Origin: Chrysomallon squamiferum
Lineage: Eukaryota > Animalia > Mollusca
Direction: 5' to 3'
DNA: 64,000 bases
Assembly (NCBI GenBank): GCA_012295275.1
Contig: CM022672.1
Span: forward strand, 30,814,001-30,878,000
Positions 32,952 to 46,886 of the stretch are shown here, piece after piece. A program made the translations under genes and the position numbers. The notes beneath the pieces are model-generated. The model was given only the letters and a program-made list of their open reading frames with translations. It searched no databases and was not told the DNA's origin. The number at the start of each line of letters is the position of its first letter. Within the stretch, counting starts at the first letter, position 1.

Positions 32952-33950
32952 AAAAATCAAAAACAAAAAAAAAATAAAAATAAAAAATAATAATGGAAAA
33001 ACAAAAAGTACTACTTCTGGTAGTTCCTGTTCTGACGTTGTTTCCGGAATTCATTATCGTGTTTATCGTTAAATATTCATTATGACATCATTTGTATAAT
33101 TTCTATAATGCGATTTCTCAATAATCGTTTCAGCATTATTCCATACCCAATTCTAATTGTTTGTAAAGTATTAATTATTACTATTTTTTAAAAAGATTTA
33201 CTTTCTTGACTGGTAACAGAATTTAAGCGTATGTTTTGAATGACTGATCAGTTATAATAACAGTCTTATTTGATAATTTTAATACAGGTTGTGATTTGTC
33301 TCGATAATAATAAATGTACCCTCGTATCGTGAATATTATGTAGTAAGTTCTTTTTATATATATATATTTATATTTATGACGTAATATTTACTTGTAAAAT
33401 TGTAAGTATTCGATGTATTTGTAATGATGTTGCAATAAATATGACGTCAGCATGAATACGTAATTAATTTTAACTGTATTTTCTGCAACACATGGTAAAG
33501 TACAAATATGCATGCACACAATCACACATACTCTCTCTCTCTCTGTCTCTCTCAGTTAATTTCATCTATATATATATGCCTTCTCTCTGTCTGTCTATCT
33601 AGCTATCTGTCCATCTGTCTGTGTGTCCGGTCTACCTACTTTTGTCCAAACTGTTGCAGATTCAAAACTTAGTGTTTCTATATATTATGATAATTTTCAA
33701 TGTTTTTATAGATTAATGTTAAAATCATGAATTAATGCATTCAAACGAATGACTTGATATAACTAAGTTAACAATATTTTCATTAGAATTGCTTTATTTT
33801 CAGTGCTTAGTAAATGAAAGACAAAAATTTAATTAATATTTTAATTAGTTTTTGTTATGTGTTTGTTCTTTTGATTTTGGGGGTCCCCCTTGGAATTTTT
33901 ATTTTAGATATATATATATATATATATTATCTGGGTTTTTTAATTTAATT

Positions 33951-34051
<101 letters not shown>

Positions 34052-34529
34052 ACTTGTTTTTCAAGGTTTTTTTCATAGATAGATACTTTAGAATGTTTTT
34101 AATGTTTCTTTTACTCATTCAGTAATTATAATGTTGTAATCAAAGGTCGGTTGTGTTTGGTGTGTTTTGATATTCCGTTATTTATAATAGTGAAAATAAA
34201 ACTCAATGTGTTCGTAACTTGAGTTGGTTGTTTTGAATAAGTAAGAAGGATCATCGGTATGAACTTATGTGTGTGCGTATGTGTGTTTGTACGTACGTAT
34301 GTCTGTATGTTTGTTGGTATACAGAGTGTGTATGTAGTAGGTAAATTTCCAGACAGATTCCTAACAACGGCATCAATCTAAGATGGAAGATAATTATTTG
34401 TACTTAACAAATAAAAGAAGTCCTAATGATATTGAAATTTAATTACTAGTGAAATACGACGAAGTGTTAGATTTAACATCAGTTTCCATACCACATGTTC
34501 TTTAACATCGTACAACGTAGAAACAGTTG

Positions 34530-36385
34530 AATGACGTCACAGATTTACGTAATCATCATACCGTGCGAGAGGTGCCAGTTAGAGTAAGTATCAATCTGTT
34601 TTTCTTTATTACATTTTTTTTTTATTCACTGGGACATTTACTCTGAAATGGATAGTAACCCATGTAGAATTTGTCCTTAAAAAAAGGTTTAATTTTCATC
34701 TGTAACCTGGCAAGCTGAAGCGAAGTGCATAGTCATGTGTGTACTATTCTGTAAATTATATTACATTAGATAGGTTGTCTTTCATTTGATAAATATGTCC
34801 TCCGCTTAAGATTAGTGCAGTTCTATGGAAACAAACTTATCATTTATGACTTCTGTACGGATTACTTTCAGTGTCAATGGTTAGGGTTCGAAGACAAATA
34901 AAAAAAGAATAATAATAAAAAAATAAGGATGATGGCCACTCTTGTTGGCACCCAGAATAATGACTGCACGTAAAGCCGTGACGTCATTCCTTTGTTTTAT
35001 TCAGCGACTGGCATGAAATTCGTGATAAATCTTAGCCTTTCTTTGCATAGTGCACTGGAAATTCTGTTACTTATTTGACAGGATATCTTTCTTTTGGTAA
35101 CTATGTCCTCCGTTTCACACAGCTGTCGTTGCTATGGAATTATGCCTTTTTATAAATGACAACATCTATATGGCTAATTTCCGTTTCAGAGGTTAGCGTC
35201 AAAGGTACAAAGGGTAATAATAAAAATTTAAAATAATAAAATTTAATATCACATCTGCTCTTTATGGATCTTGGCGCTCGGTAAAATGATTGTAGGGAAA
35301 GCTGTGATGTTTTCCATTGCTTTAACGTTGTACTCCGTTGAATTCACGTCAAATCAGGATAATAACTAATAACCGTTATAGGTAGAATTGACGTCATTCA
35401 ATTGTTTTAACATTGTACCCTAGTATTCAGCGGAAGACATGGAAATTATTTTGTTTTAGTGTTGTTGCTTGTTTTTTTTTTTTTTTTTTTACTTTTTTAT
35501 TTATTTATTTATATTTTTTTATTTATTTATTTAAATTTTAAACTGCACTAACAATTCCCTTACCTTTTAGATAGGATATTTTTATTCTGTAAATATGACA
35601 ACTGCTTTAGTCTGATACCATTGCACGGGATATATTTCGTATTTGTAGACATCATTATCGGTTTCAGAGCTAATGTCCAAGACTCAGAATGTAATAAAAC
35701 AATTTGTCATCATACCTGCTCTTGGTGATACCTGGCTATCTGTATAATGAATATAGGTAGAGCTGTGACGTCATTCCATTGTTTTAACTTTGTATCCTTG
35801 TATTCCTGGTCTGGTTTGGACATTCGTGCTAAATCTTAGTCTTTGTTTGCGTAGTACACTGGAAAAAATGCCGTTACTTATTAGACAGGATATCTTTCTT
35901 TCACTAGCTATGTCCTCCGTTTCAGATTGATACTATTGCAACGGATATATATAATGTAAGTAAAAATGTTGTGGCCTACTTTTCCATTCAGAGAGTACGG
36001 TTTAAAACACAGACGGTAACACATAGAAAAAGTATCATCGTTGCTACCCAGCGCTCGGATAATTACATCTAAACCCGTGACGTCATTCCATTGTTCTAAC
36101 CTTGTACTCTGTTGTTCAGCATCTGGCTTGAAAATTCATGTTAAATCTTTACTTTTTCTTTTTGTTCTGCACTGGGAATCACATATTAGATAAGATGGCT
36201 GTCTTTTGGTAAGTCGGCTGACAGCGTTGGCAGGAATACGTAGGGAAAGATCTAAATACATTGTTTTCGGTCTTACATGATCGGGCTCTGGGTAACTGTA
36301 ATAATTTAATGAACATAAAATTAGGATATTACCGAGACTTGGTACTCTGTATAATGGGTTACAGGAAAGGTTGTGATGTCATTTC
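34530..36385. repeat. Diverged ~310-bp tandem repeat (~6 units) with TGACGTCA cores
   Basis: Anchor TTAGA(C/T)AGGATATCTTTC..TATGTCCTCCGTTT at 34766, 35074, 35567, 35881, 36186; TGACGTCA at 34532, 34979, 35389, 35766, 36078. Confidence 0.8.
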
Positions 36386-36627
36386 AAAGCGCGATAAAAT
36401 GATAGTGACAGGACAGTGCATTCGGTATTATTAGTAGTATTATTTTTTCGACTTGTTTTTTTTTTTGTTTTTTTTTTGCTCCTGGAACTAAAATCCGTGA
36501 GAAACGGTATAAACAAATAAATGAATACTACTACGACGAATACAACTGGTACTACTAGTACAAACAAAAATAATAACAATTAATACATACACACACACAC
36601 ACACACATACTACTAATACTACAAACA

Positions 36628-36666
<39 letters not shown>

Positions 36667-37649
36667 TTTCTGTCTATTCTATATTAACTCACATAACGTT
36701 ACCAAAACTCATCTTCGCGCAGTTTTCTGAAACTGCTCTCACTAGTGAATAATTAATACGTACGCATACACGCACACACGCACTGCAGAGAGAATTAATG
36801 TAAAATTACTTTTCTGCAGCCATCACACTTATAAGCATGCAGTTCAAACACAAAATTCAAAGAAACACATTTACACGATATAAACGTTTTATTATTTAAA
36901 AAAATAAGCAATTAAAACAACTCAAAGCATAAAGTACAAATTCGATAACAAAAGATGAAAATCTTAACAGAGTACGTTTCTTGTAGAAAATATATTTTTT
37001 GACAGTATTTTAAAGTTTGAAGATTCTGTGTCCATTGTCTTTAATGTTAATGATTAAAGAAATGATCGATTAACTATGTGAATTACTTATGAAATAAAAT
37101 AAAACATACACACATACACGCGATTGTAATTAATATACACACACAGACAAAAAATACAAACACATTAACACATACATATATATACACAACAAAACATACA
37201 TACAAACACAGTAACACATACAGACGTACATAGATACATACACACACAAAAAAACACCCAAATACATGCATATATATACATACCTACACACATACATATA
37301 TATAGATAGATCTTGATAAACTGGATGAAAATTAAATGATTCAATGTTCATATGTGAAAATGTCTTTATAGAAAACTTTTGTGAAAAGCACTACTGTATA
37401 AATAATAAATACAAAAATGGTTACACAAATTTTGTAAGATTTGAGAAGATTGAAGAAAGGGTACCAGGCTCTTCCACTGCACTACAAAACAGCATTTGAG
37501 TTTTTTTTGTTATTGTTTTTGGCAGCATCGCCTACCATATAATGTTTGTCAGTGCATATGTATGTATGTATGTATATATGCAGTTAGTTAGTTAGTTAGG
37601 TAGGTAGGTAGGTAGGTAGGTAGGTGTGTAGACAGGCTGGTATATATGG

Positions 37650-37651
37650 TA

Positions 37652-37693
<42 letters not shown>

Positions 37694-37871
37694 GGAAGCC
37701 CTATATTATGTTAAGACATAAGATGTTGCAGTTAGATAACAAAAGTCAAATACAACCAGGCAGGTGCATATGCATCTCTGTGTGTGTGTGTGTGTGTGTG
37801 TGCGTTATTTGGAAGTACTATATGAGGTTAAGACAAGGTGTGCAATTAAGATAACAAAAGACAAATACAAT
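37650..37871. repeat. Two-copy ~120-bp tandem duplication containing (TG)n
   Basis: (TG)n-TTATTTGGAAG...AGATAACAAAAG.CAAATACAA twice. Confidence 0.8.
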
Positions 37872-40087
37872 CATGGTTTGAACTGTGAATGTTGAATGTA
37901 TTTTAAATGGTTTATAGTTAGAGATCTTCTCATCTCACTGAACATAAACACAGGATAACAAAAACAAACCCAGGAAATGTTACAAATACATCTCGTGACA
38001 AAAATTTAAATATTTTTGATTGAGATGGAGTTTTTTACATACATGAATATTTTACTGTGTCACTCTTCAAATCATGAACCAATCTTTTGTCATAAAATAA
38101 ATGAAAAACATTCACTAATTTAGTCCTCAAATCATGAACTAGACTTCTGGTAAAACAAAATAACAGAAACAGATTTTTCATAATCCATTATTAATATCAC
38201 ACATCACACTTATAAACATGTTCTCCACACTCAAAATAAAACAAAATGTAACTCCAGATAGAAGATTCTGTAACAAATTATGTTCAAAACATTTTGTACT
38301 GAAATTCTGCATACAAATCAATAATGAATTAGTTGGGTAATTTAGGTCAAAATTAGTAAAAAAACAACATGAAAATTTATCCAGTAAGATCATATTTACA
38401 TCAGAGTCACAAGTTATAAGTAATCTTTCTAAAGGAACATGATATTGAAGAATTTGATGAAGGTTACAGTAGAGATTTCAGTTTAAACGAGTACATAATT
38501 ATAATTCTTAGGAACAGTTTCTAAAAGATTTGCCTTTATTTTTCTTCACCATCATGATCATAATACTAAAAAGCTTTTCAGTGTTTTAGTATAAACTTTC
38601 AGAAAAAAGGTTATCTTATATCAAAATATTTTCCTTTACTTAAAATCTACTTTCACCTGAATGTGTATGACAGACACACTCACACATTTCATTCCTTCAG
38701 TTAGCTTTTATTTAGACAAAAATGTTGAACTGTGTCATTTAGTAATGAATCCTGTGTTAGCTTAGAATACAAAGATTTATAAACTCCATTTAAAATGACC
38801 AAAAGTTTTCAAAACCAAACATATTTATATTTATTTATTTATTTTATGTACAGTATTTCTCAGTGTGGGTCTTCACTATCAAGTCATAACTTAACAGGCA
38901 CATGCATTTCTTGTTGAGAAAGAAATGAACAAAGTGTAAATAAGAATAAAAAATTATAAAAAATATATTAAAAAAAAAATTAAATAGAAATTAAAACGTT
39001 ATGTACAGTCATTATCAATATTCACACATTATCCAAATACAGAAAAAGCAAAACATAACCCAAGTTTTGTAGTCAGTGGTCTTAATGTGAAATATTCAAG
39101 TTGAAAAACATTTTAAAACATTTTTTAAAATTTATTTTTTTTTTTTTTTTTTGCTTTGTCTTTGTGTGAGCTTTCTTTAGTTTATTTAAAGTTAGCACTG
39201 TTTTGACTTTTCACATTTAGAAATATCTGCTAGAAACTTAACTCGCACAGTATCATTTCTTCAACTGTTGAAAAATAAAGCAATTCATGTTTAATCACTT
39301 TGGAGGATATTTATCTTTTTCATTTTAATTTTAATACTATTATACATATACATATGTACACACACACTCACACAAACACAGACTTGTTTCCCCTTAGGCT
39401 CGAGAAAGTTTTATTTTGACAGCAATTATAGTCCCACATCAAAGATCATGTCATACTTCTTAACATTTTAGTTTTTATTTAAATTCATTATTATTATCAT
39501 TATTATTCTTTTTTTCTTTTTAAAAGGTTGTTTCAAACTAATAATCAATTTAAAAGTAGATATAATAATAAACAATAAATAAATAAACAAATAAATTAAT
39601 TAATTAATTAAATAATAATAATAATATTAATAATAATAATAATAACTGAGAAAGAAAAAGAAAATAAAGCAGTAAAATCAAGATTCTTTAATATTTAGAA
39701 TTAATATTGTCAAACAGTATACAATAAGATATCAGTTTCCAGCATGAACGTGGATTTTTAACAAGTGGAGAAAGACAAACTCTGTTTTAAAAATACTTGA
39801 TTTCTTTCAATCCACAATCATAGTCAACATAAAACACAAAAAAAATAAATTAAAAATAAATTATTCTGAAGTGTACATTTTTTTTTTAATAATTTCTATT
39901 AATGTGAAACTATCAAAGTACATACTAAAATCTCTGAGTGACTGCCTTTTTTAATCCTTAATAACTAAATGTGCTGTTGTATATATGGGACTAGCTATTT
40001 GACTAGTAATTTCTTGCAAATAATGTTTCTATTTCTTGTATGCAATAAAAAAAAAATAAAAAAAACAACTGTTTGATAATAACAGCC

Positions 40088-40120
<33 letters not shown>

Positions 40121-41121
40121 GGTAAAAATAAAAATTCATTAATTTAAATAAAGAAAATAAAAAAAATAAAAAAAAGAAGAAAACCAAAAATGTTAATGTT
40201 AATCAAACAAATATTTGTTTTTGTATGAACTCTAAAATGTATTAATTAAACTTACTGCCAAATAAAGACAGCAAAACATTCTGGATTTATTTTGGAAGAT
40301 GTCTGCTAAAAGTTACAACTCTGTAAACAGATAATCCATTTAAAAAATAATTTACTTTTTGTAAAATCTCACTATTATGGCTTATAACCTTGAAAACCTA
40401 TTCTTACAATATAGTCAAAGAAAATAATAATATTTACTGATGATTCATCATCTAAAGATACTCATTTATAAAATATATTTTTTTTTAGAAGTATACATAT
40501 ATAAAAATTTTTTTTAGACTTTGTTACCTCAAATGATTCTAAGTGAACTTTTAAAAGTTTTAAACTTTAATTTATAAATGAATAGCTCTAAATGATGATT
40601 AATCAGTAAATATTTACATGATTTTATAAGTACTGGCAAAAAAAAAAAATAATAATAATAAAAAATTTAAAAAAAAAAAACATATAACAGTTATTCAGAT
40701 TATATATCATTAATTTTACCTAATTCTTCAAATGACATTTTAAAAAGATAGTGTTCAAAAAAAAATAAATAAATAAACAAAGAAACAAAGAAACAAAGTA
40801 AATAAATAAATAAAGAAAAGAAAGAAATAAATCATTCCAGGTAGTTATATAAATATTTTCTTAACGATCATTACAGTTTGACAATTACAATTAAATACGT
40901 AGCCCTATTTAAAAGTATTGATTTACAGTATGTACCTTGATTTGTATCCTGGCACTGTTTTACAGATTATTATTTAAAGATAAAGTAACTAAAAGCAACA
41001 AAGATTTAAATTATTCAATAAAGGAAAGAAAGGACATCTACATTGTTTACAGTAGTTTTGTAATTTAGGCTTGTTTGTCAACACTGACAATATTTTAAAA
41101 TTATTACAAAATAATATTAAC

Positions 41122-41154
<33 letters not shown>

Positions 41155-41555
41155 AAGATGAAGAAAAAGAAGAAGAAATAATAGAAGAAGAAGAATAGTA
41201 ATATTAATAATAATAATAAAATGGTAATAGAAATACATGAATGCTGAATGAAAACATGAAATCTTATGCACTTAATGTATTTTTTAAATGGGTTAGCAGG
41301 CTATACATATATTCTTTTTTCAGTTTCTCATTATAAAATATAATCCTTGAAACTGACATTTAACCTCGTATTAATATAATTTACACAATAACACTTTTTG
41401 ATATTCTTTGGTTGTTCTGTATTTCAATCAAAACCAATAATATAATTCTCAAAACAAAAAAACCAAGAAAATACTGTCTTTCATGAAAGAAGAAAACAAA
41501 CATTTATACAAACAAACAAACAAAAAAACGTATAGACAATTAAGTTGTAAACAGT

Positions 41556-44101
41556 TTACAAGTTCGTGAATGATTTGATGTAACCGCTACTGTTTGTAAA
41601 CTTCCGTCCAGGAGTCAGTCCCGCTTCTTTTGCCATTTTCTGCATCAATCCATTGAATCGCGCAGACGGCATTGGTTCTGGCAAAAACCAGGGCTCGCCG
41701 GCTGGGAATTTATTGACAGTGCCGTAAAAAGGAGCATCAGCCTTCAGTAAACCTTCGTGTCTCCTGTCTTCAAATATTTTGTACAGTTCCACGAAACACC
41801 TCTCCGGATCGTGCATGTCTGCAAACAGAGGCCTGCTTCGGTTTTTCACCGTCTGCTTGGGTCCCACGTACCTCAGAAATTCCCTCCCCGTGTGGTCGAC
41901 GTTGAGAACGATGTCGCCCCATTTGAGATTGCAGTGCTCAGTTCGACTCTTCACTCCGAGGAACATGGTGTTCATGAACCACATGCTGTTGAAGAGGATG
42001 TCTGGAGAGTAAGCACCAAGCTGTTTCTTCTGGAAAAGAATTTCAACGTCCTCTTCCGTTACGGCATCCACTTTCTGAGGAATGTTCTTCACCTTACATT
42101 TCAGAGCTTCCAGTTTGTTCCTTAGCGTCTCTCTTGACTTGAGAAAGGCACTGTCACTAGTGATTGAGTAGGGGTATTCGTGTTCGTGCAGGTATTTCTG
42201 CAGTCGATTCTGAAGACTTTTTAGAGAAAACGGCGTAAACTCTTCGCCTTTCTTATTCTTTTTCACATTTTCATAAAAGTCCGACAGCAACAAGTCGAGT
42301 TTCTGTGAGGATATTAAGTGCATTGGTTCCGAACAACCTTTTTGCCTGAGGAATTCGGTAAACAGGTTCACTGCGTCTATCATGTGCTTCTGCATCGACT
42401 CCTTCACCATAATACTTTGCGAAGATGTGGACGGCTCGTTTGGTAAAGTCCGAGAAAACCTCTGCTGAGCTAACGATGCAGTAGCTGCAGCGAGTCCTTC
42501 GTCCTCTTCTATCTCGTCACTGTCAAGTTCTATGATCTCATCTCCACTCTCGTCCATCAACGAGATGTCAGAGATGTTTGAAGAACCTTTGTCCACCTGG
42601 CCCGAAGAGGCAGCCTGCTGCTGGCTGTCTGCTGGCAGGCTGGACATCTTCGGTTCCATCTGGCACGAGGCGAAAGGACGGCAGCTGTCTGGAGGTAAAC
42701 TGGATGCCAGGTGCTCTGCCTCTTGAGGATCAAAGCTGTGATGGCTGTCGAGGGAAAGACTGGAAATATCTTGATCACTTTTGGCAGAAGCGGCAGCTAA
42801 GCGCAGGGCGATACCTTGCTCCATGTGGCTGGAAGTGTACGTATCCTCTCTCTCGATGGTGATGTTTGGATGGTCTTTCTCGGCCTGTCCTGACACTGCA
42901 GCTGCTCTCAACGCAATGCCTTGTTCCATGTGACTGGACGTGTAGACATCTTCTCTTTCAATGGACAAACTAGATGTTTCTGGTTCCCTGCATGGAACGC
43001 CGTATTCTTTATGACTCGAAGAACTGATGATGCCTTTTCTCTCAACAGCCAGGGTGGAATTATCTTTCTCACCATGACCTGAACCTACAGCACTTCTCAG
43101 AGCAATTCCCTGTTCCATGTGAGTGGATGTGTAGATGTCCTCTCTTTCAATAGATAAGTTAGGTTTGTCCTGTTCAGCTCGGATAGATTTTATGGCAGTG
43201 TGCGGTGCTAGACCTTGTTCCATGTGACTTGATGTGTACATGTCCTGTCTCTCAACACTCAGACTCGAATTACTTTTATCACCTTGTCCTGAAACCACTG
43301 CTGCTGCACGCAAAGCAATTCCTTTCTCCATATGACTAGAAGTGTAGACATCTTCTCTTTCGATCGCCAAATTAGGTTTCTTCTCGTGTTCGTTATGTGC
43401 TGATGCCATGCCCTGATCTCTGGATGTGGAGATGTAGCTGTCCTGTAGCTCGCAGGACAAGCTGGGATCATCCTTCTCGCTGGGAGCTGGTGCCAGATTG
43501 CAGTGTTTATCAGACGAAAGGTTTGTGCTTCGTTCAGGACGACCGGTGAGGTAAGAATGGTATCTTTCTGACGACGAGTTTGAGGCATCTTCTTCAGAAT
43601 GAGAGGGTGTCATGGAACGCTGTCTGTCTGGAGGCAGCTTCCCTCCTTGCTCCACACAGCCAGGAGCAAACGAACGTGCCTTTTCGGCCTCCATGTTGTT
43701 TAGGTCTTTTTCAACATGAGCTGGAGCAAGTCTGCTGTTCTTTTGCATTTTATTTGTGCTGCCATCTTGGTACCTTTCCACACAGTGGTCATCGTTGCTC
43801 TTAACAAACGAAAGACGACTGTCTGGAGTTAAGTTTTTGTCCTGGTCCTTGTGACTTGGGTTGAACACACGGCTTCGCTTCATGGACATACTGGAGCCGC
43901 CGTGGTCCATATTAACTGGGCCGTATGAGTAATGATCTTCCATGTCGTCACATGACGAACTAGCCGAGTCGTACAGAAACTCACTGTCTGAGTCAGAGTG
44001 GTGCTCCTCGTGGTGATGGTCTGACAGATGGTGGGCAGTTTGAATGGGAGAGTCAGACGACATCAATTTGATATATTTTCTTGGCTGTATCTCTCTAGAC
44101 C
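41556..44101 (-). CDS. DUF3504 gene coding exon B (repeats and DUF3504)
   Basis: 855-aa ORF whose first codons are polypyrimidine tract; acceptor at 44102-44103. Confidence 0.9.
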
Positions 44102-44164
44102 CTGTAAAAAAAGAAAAATCCATTTTTGTTACCCATTATTTTTGATAAACATATGTTTCTGTTA

Positions 44165-44204
<40 letters not shown>

Positions 44205-45542
44205 TCATTTAACTGTTTACAGCAGTTTTAAAAAAAACAAAAAACATTTGTACATCTATTCATACATGACTGTATATTTGTAGTTATGTATGTATGGAAA
44301 CAATATTTAGAGTGGTAGCATGCATTAAATCAACTTTGTGATACAGAAAAATACAATAATAAAGATCCTTAACCATTTCAGTTATGTTCAAATGGAGATT
44401 TATTTTAATTTCAGAATCTTACTTTTTTAATTTCTTCATTCATCATTCTGTGTTCATGCATACATGTGCAAACTTTTCTTCCTTAAGATATGTGGTCTTT
44501 CTGTTGTTTACAAATTTATGATGTATCATCAAACTAAAACGGGTCTGTTTGCAGGTAAAGATGAGGTATCAACACACTTACCTCCTGGTCTTGAAGAAGC
44601 AGAAGTCTTCAAAGGCACGTACACTTTTCGCGGAGTTGTTTTCGTTTTTGGACCTCTGATGTTGGAAAATGCTTTTGGCTTGAGATAACCTATGGGCTCT
44701 GCAATCAAATACTCGTCTTTGAGAATGTCCAAACCGCCAATGTTGGAATTGATTTCAACGTTTGACATGAAGTCTGGGTCCTCGGGTTCCTGTTTCACCT
44801 GAACAAACTCCTCCTCCCTGGGAACCGGCACTCTCTGCTTCGCGCCATGGGAAGAGAAAACTGACTGTTCGTGCAACGTGCTGCTGCCAGCTGCGCAGAC
44901 TGGTTTAACTCGTTTACCAAGAGTTTCCATTTCTTCATAGTCGCACTTCATCCTCTTCACTGGCTGAATCGGAGGTTTGGGAGAGAAATTACGCTGCTCT
45001 CTGGCAATTTCCTTTGAATTGCAAACTTCAGTTTTAACTCGATGTTCCTTGTCTGGCAACATCATCGATTCCTCTTGCACATTCGGCTTTGTCATTTTAT
45101 TAATTTTTCTGTTATCTGGATCGACGGCTGGAGGCACCAAGTTCTTTTGTTTAGCGTGCAGATGCTGAATGTCTGCAAAGTCGTGAGGTATTTCGCCTGG
45201 GAAACTGTCCATGCTGCTGTGTGTGTAACTGTCCATGGAGCTGTCGTAGTCGTCTTCAAATTCAGCTTCAAAGTCGTGTTGGTGGTGTTTGTTTGGTTTG
45301 GGAGCATTCCGCAACAACGGCAACGTTCGGAAAGCCTTCGTGCAGTAACTCTCGCTGATCACGCTTCCCGAGTTGTGCACCATTTCACTGAGCACATAGC
45401 GCTCCTGCTTCGAGTTGTCCATCATCAGACAGACGTACCCACTGACCTCACACACCTGTTCAAAGTCGAGAAGATTTCTGCATAGTTTCTGCAGATTGTC
45501 CACAAAGGTGCAGAAAAATTCCTCAGAGTACTGCTTCTCCAT
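41556..45542 (-). CDS. DUF3504 (Crypton tyrosine-recombinase-derived, ZMYM/QRICH1/KCTD1-type) domain protein, ~1168 aa, two coding exons
   Basis: Exon A 45542(ATG)-44582 ends GGAG|gtaag (phase 1); exon B starts tttacag|GG at 44101 and runs to TAA at 41556; 961+2546 nt is in frame. The C-terminus has DUF3504-like motifs (LDLLLSDFYENVKK..GEEFTPFSL; LGAYSPDILFNSMWF; EHCNLKWGDI; PERCFVELYKIF; APFY; WF..PM). Confidence 0.85.
44582..45542 (-). CDS. DUF3504 gene coding exon A (N-terminal domain and disordered linker)
   Basis: 337-aa ORF truncated at strong donor; upstream acceptor tctacag| at 45573 implies a non-coding first exon. Confidence 0.85.
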
Positions 45543-46886
45543 CTTCTTCTAACAGGATGCGAAAAAAAAGAACCTGTAGAAATTAATTTTAATAAGTTAT
45601 TCAGGTTAATTCTGATTACTACAGTAAGGCAAATAATAATTTAAATATTTCTTTAATTCTCAAATATACGACTGGTAGAAACTGCAAATTTTTGACACAT
45701 TGGATTTCTCGATACAGTAATTATTTAAATCTTAAATTGTTATCAACTTATTTTAAATAAAATTTCCCACTGCATGGCCATGTCATCTACAGGAGACAAG
45801 TGTGAGGAAAATTTTTAATTTAAACTGGAAAATCTTAAACATTCTCGATTTATATCAAAAATCCATTTAAGCTGTGCCTCATTAGCTGAATATACAATTC
45901 TTACTTACAGTTTATATACAGTTTAGAATGCTGATATGAATGCTTAAATATAGATAAATATAGTACATACACAAATTTTGCAGGCTTGATGTTACCTTCG
46001 TTCATGACAGTTTTAACATTTGGATAAATCAACAGATTTCTGTTAACCCTGCTGTTTTGGTCTAATCCCGTTTAGCAAATATTGCGCTGAACAATGAACA
46101 TTTTGCCAGTTTGTTGTTGCACTCATTAATAATGTCATTTGAAAATGAGTTTGGGAAGCTTTATATACTAGCCTGTATTGACTTTAGAAGTAAAATAATA
46201 AATCACTGCAAAATAATCAGTAGAACATCATTTAACAAGGGTCAGACTTAAACTGCAACTTCTCCAAGTTCAACCTTCTAGAAGTTTACATTATCCACGT
46301 AAAAACATATACATGGTTTAGGGATCATTTCCTTCAACGTAAACTGAAACATCATACTGTTATTAATATTATGGCATCATCATGATCATGCATTGTATAA
46401 ATTCTGTGAAAACACAACACATATCAACCTAGATTGTCCTGATATTCAAACTCAGTGACGGCCATACCCATAGTAATGTAAAATGGCAGTAACAATGTAC
46501 AGACCTTGTTATCTATGGTTTTGCTCAATATTATATATATATCTATTATTATATATGTTTTTACACACAAATAAAGACTAGTCCCTCGTGCATCCATACG
46601 ACAATCCATACTGAAATCTTGCTAAAATAGGTAGGGGTTTTGTACATTTGCAATAAGTGGTCTGGGTCTTTACAGTTGGGATTCAGTCCTGAATCTAATG
46701 TAACTGAAATATAATGTTAACCAGGCACGGAAATTATATTAATAAAATAGCGAAGTACTGAAATTTACAGATACAGAAAGATAAACAACAGCAGATATAT
46801 TAATTTCGCCCACATTAGAAACTAAATAATCTATTACAACCCTAATAGAATTGTAGGTATAAATAGGATTTATTTTATATAATTAC

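Noticed and set aside
41556-44123. Active Crypton/DIRS transposon or phage integrase
   Set aside because: Catalytic residues lost, C-terminus truncated, spliced to a host exon, no terminal repeats or RT.
41757-45485. Plus-strand and alternate-frame ORFs overlapping the DUF3504 gene
   Set aside because: Antisense shadows of GC-richer coding sequence.
44529-45542. 337-aa ORF as a stand-alone gene
   Set aside because: Strong phase-1 donor at 44581 matches the phase of the 44101 acceptor; it is exon A of one gene (intron retention not excluded).
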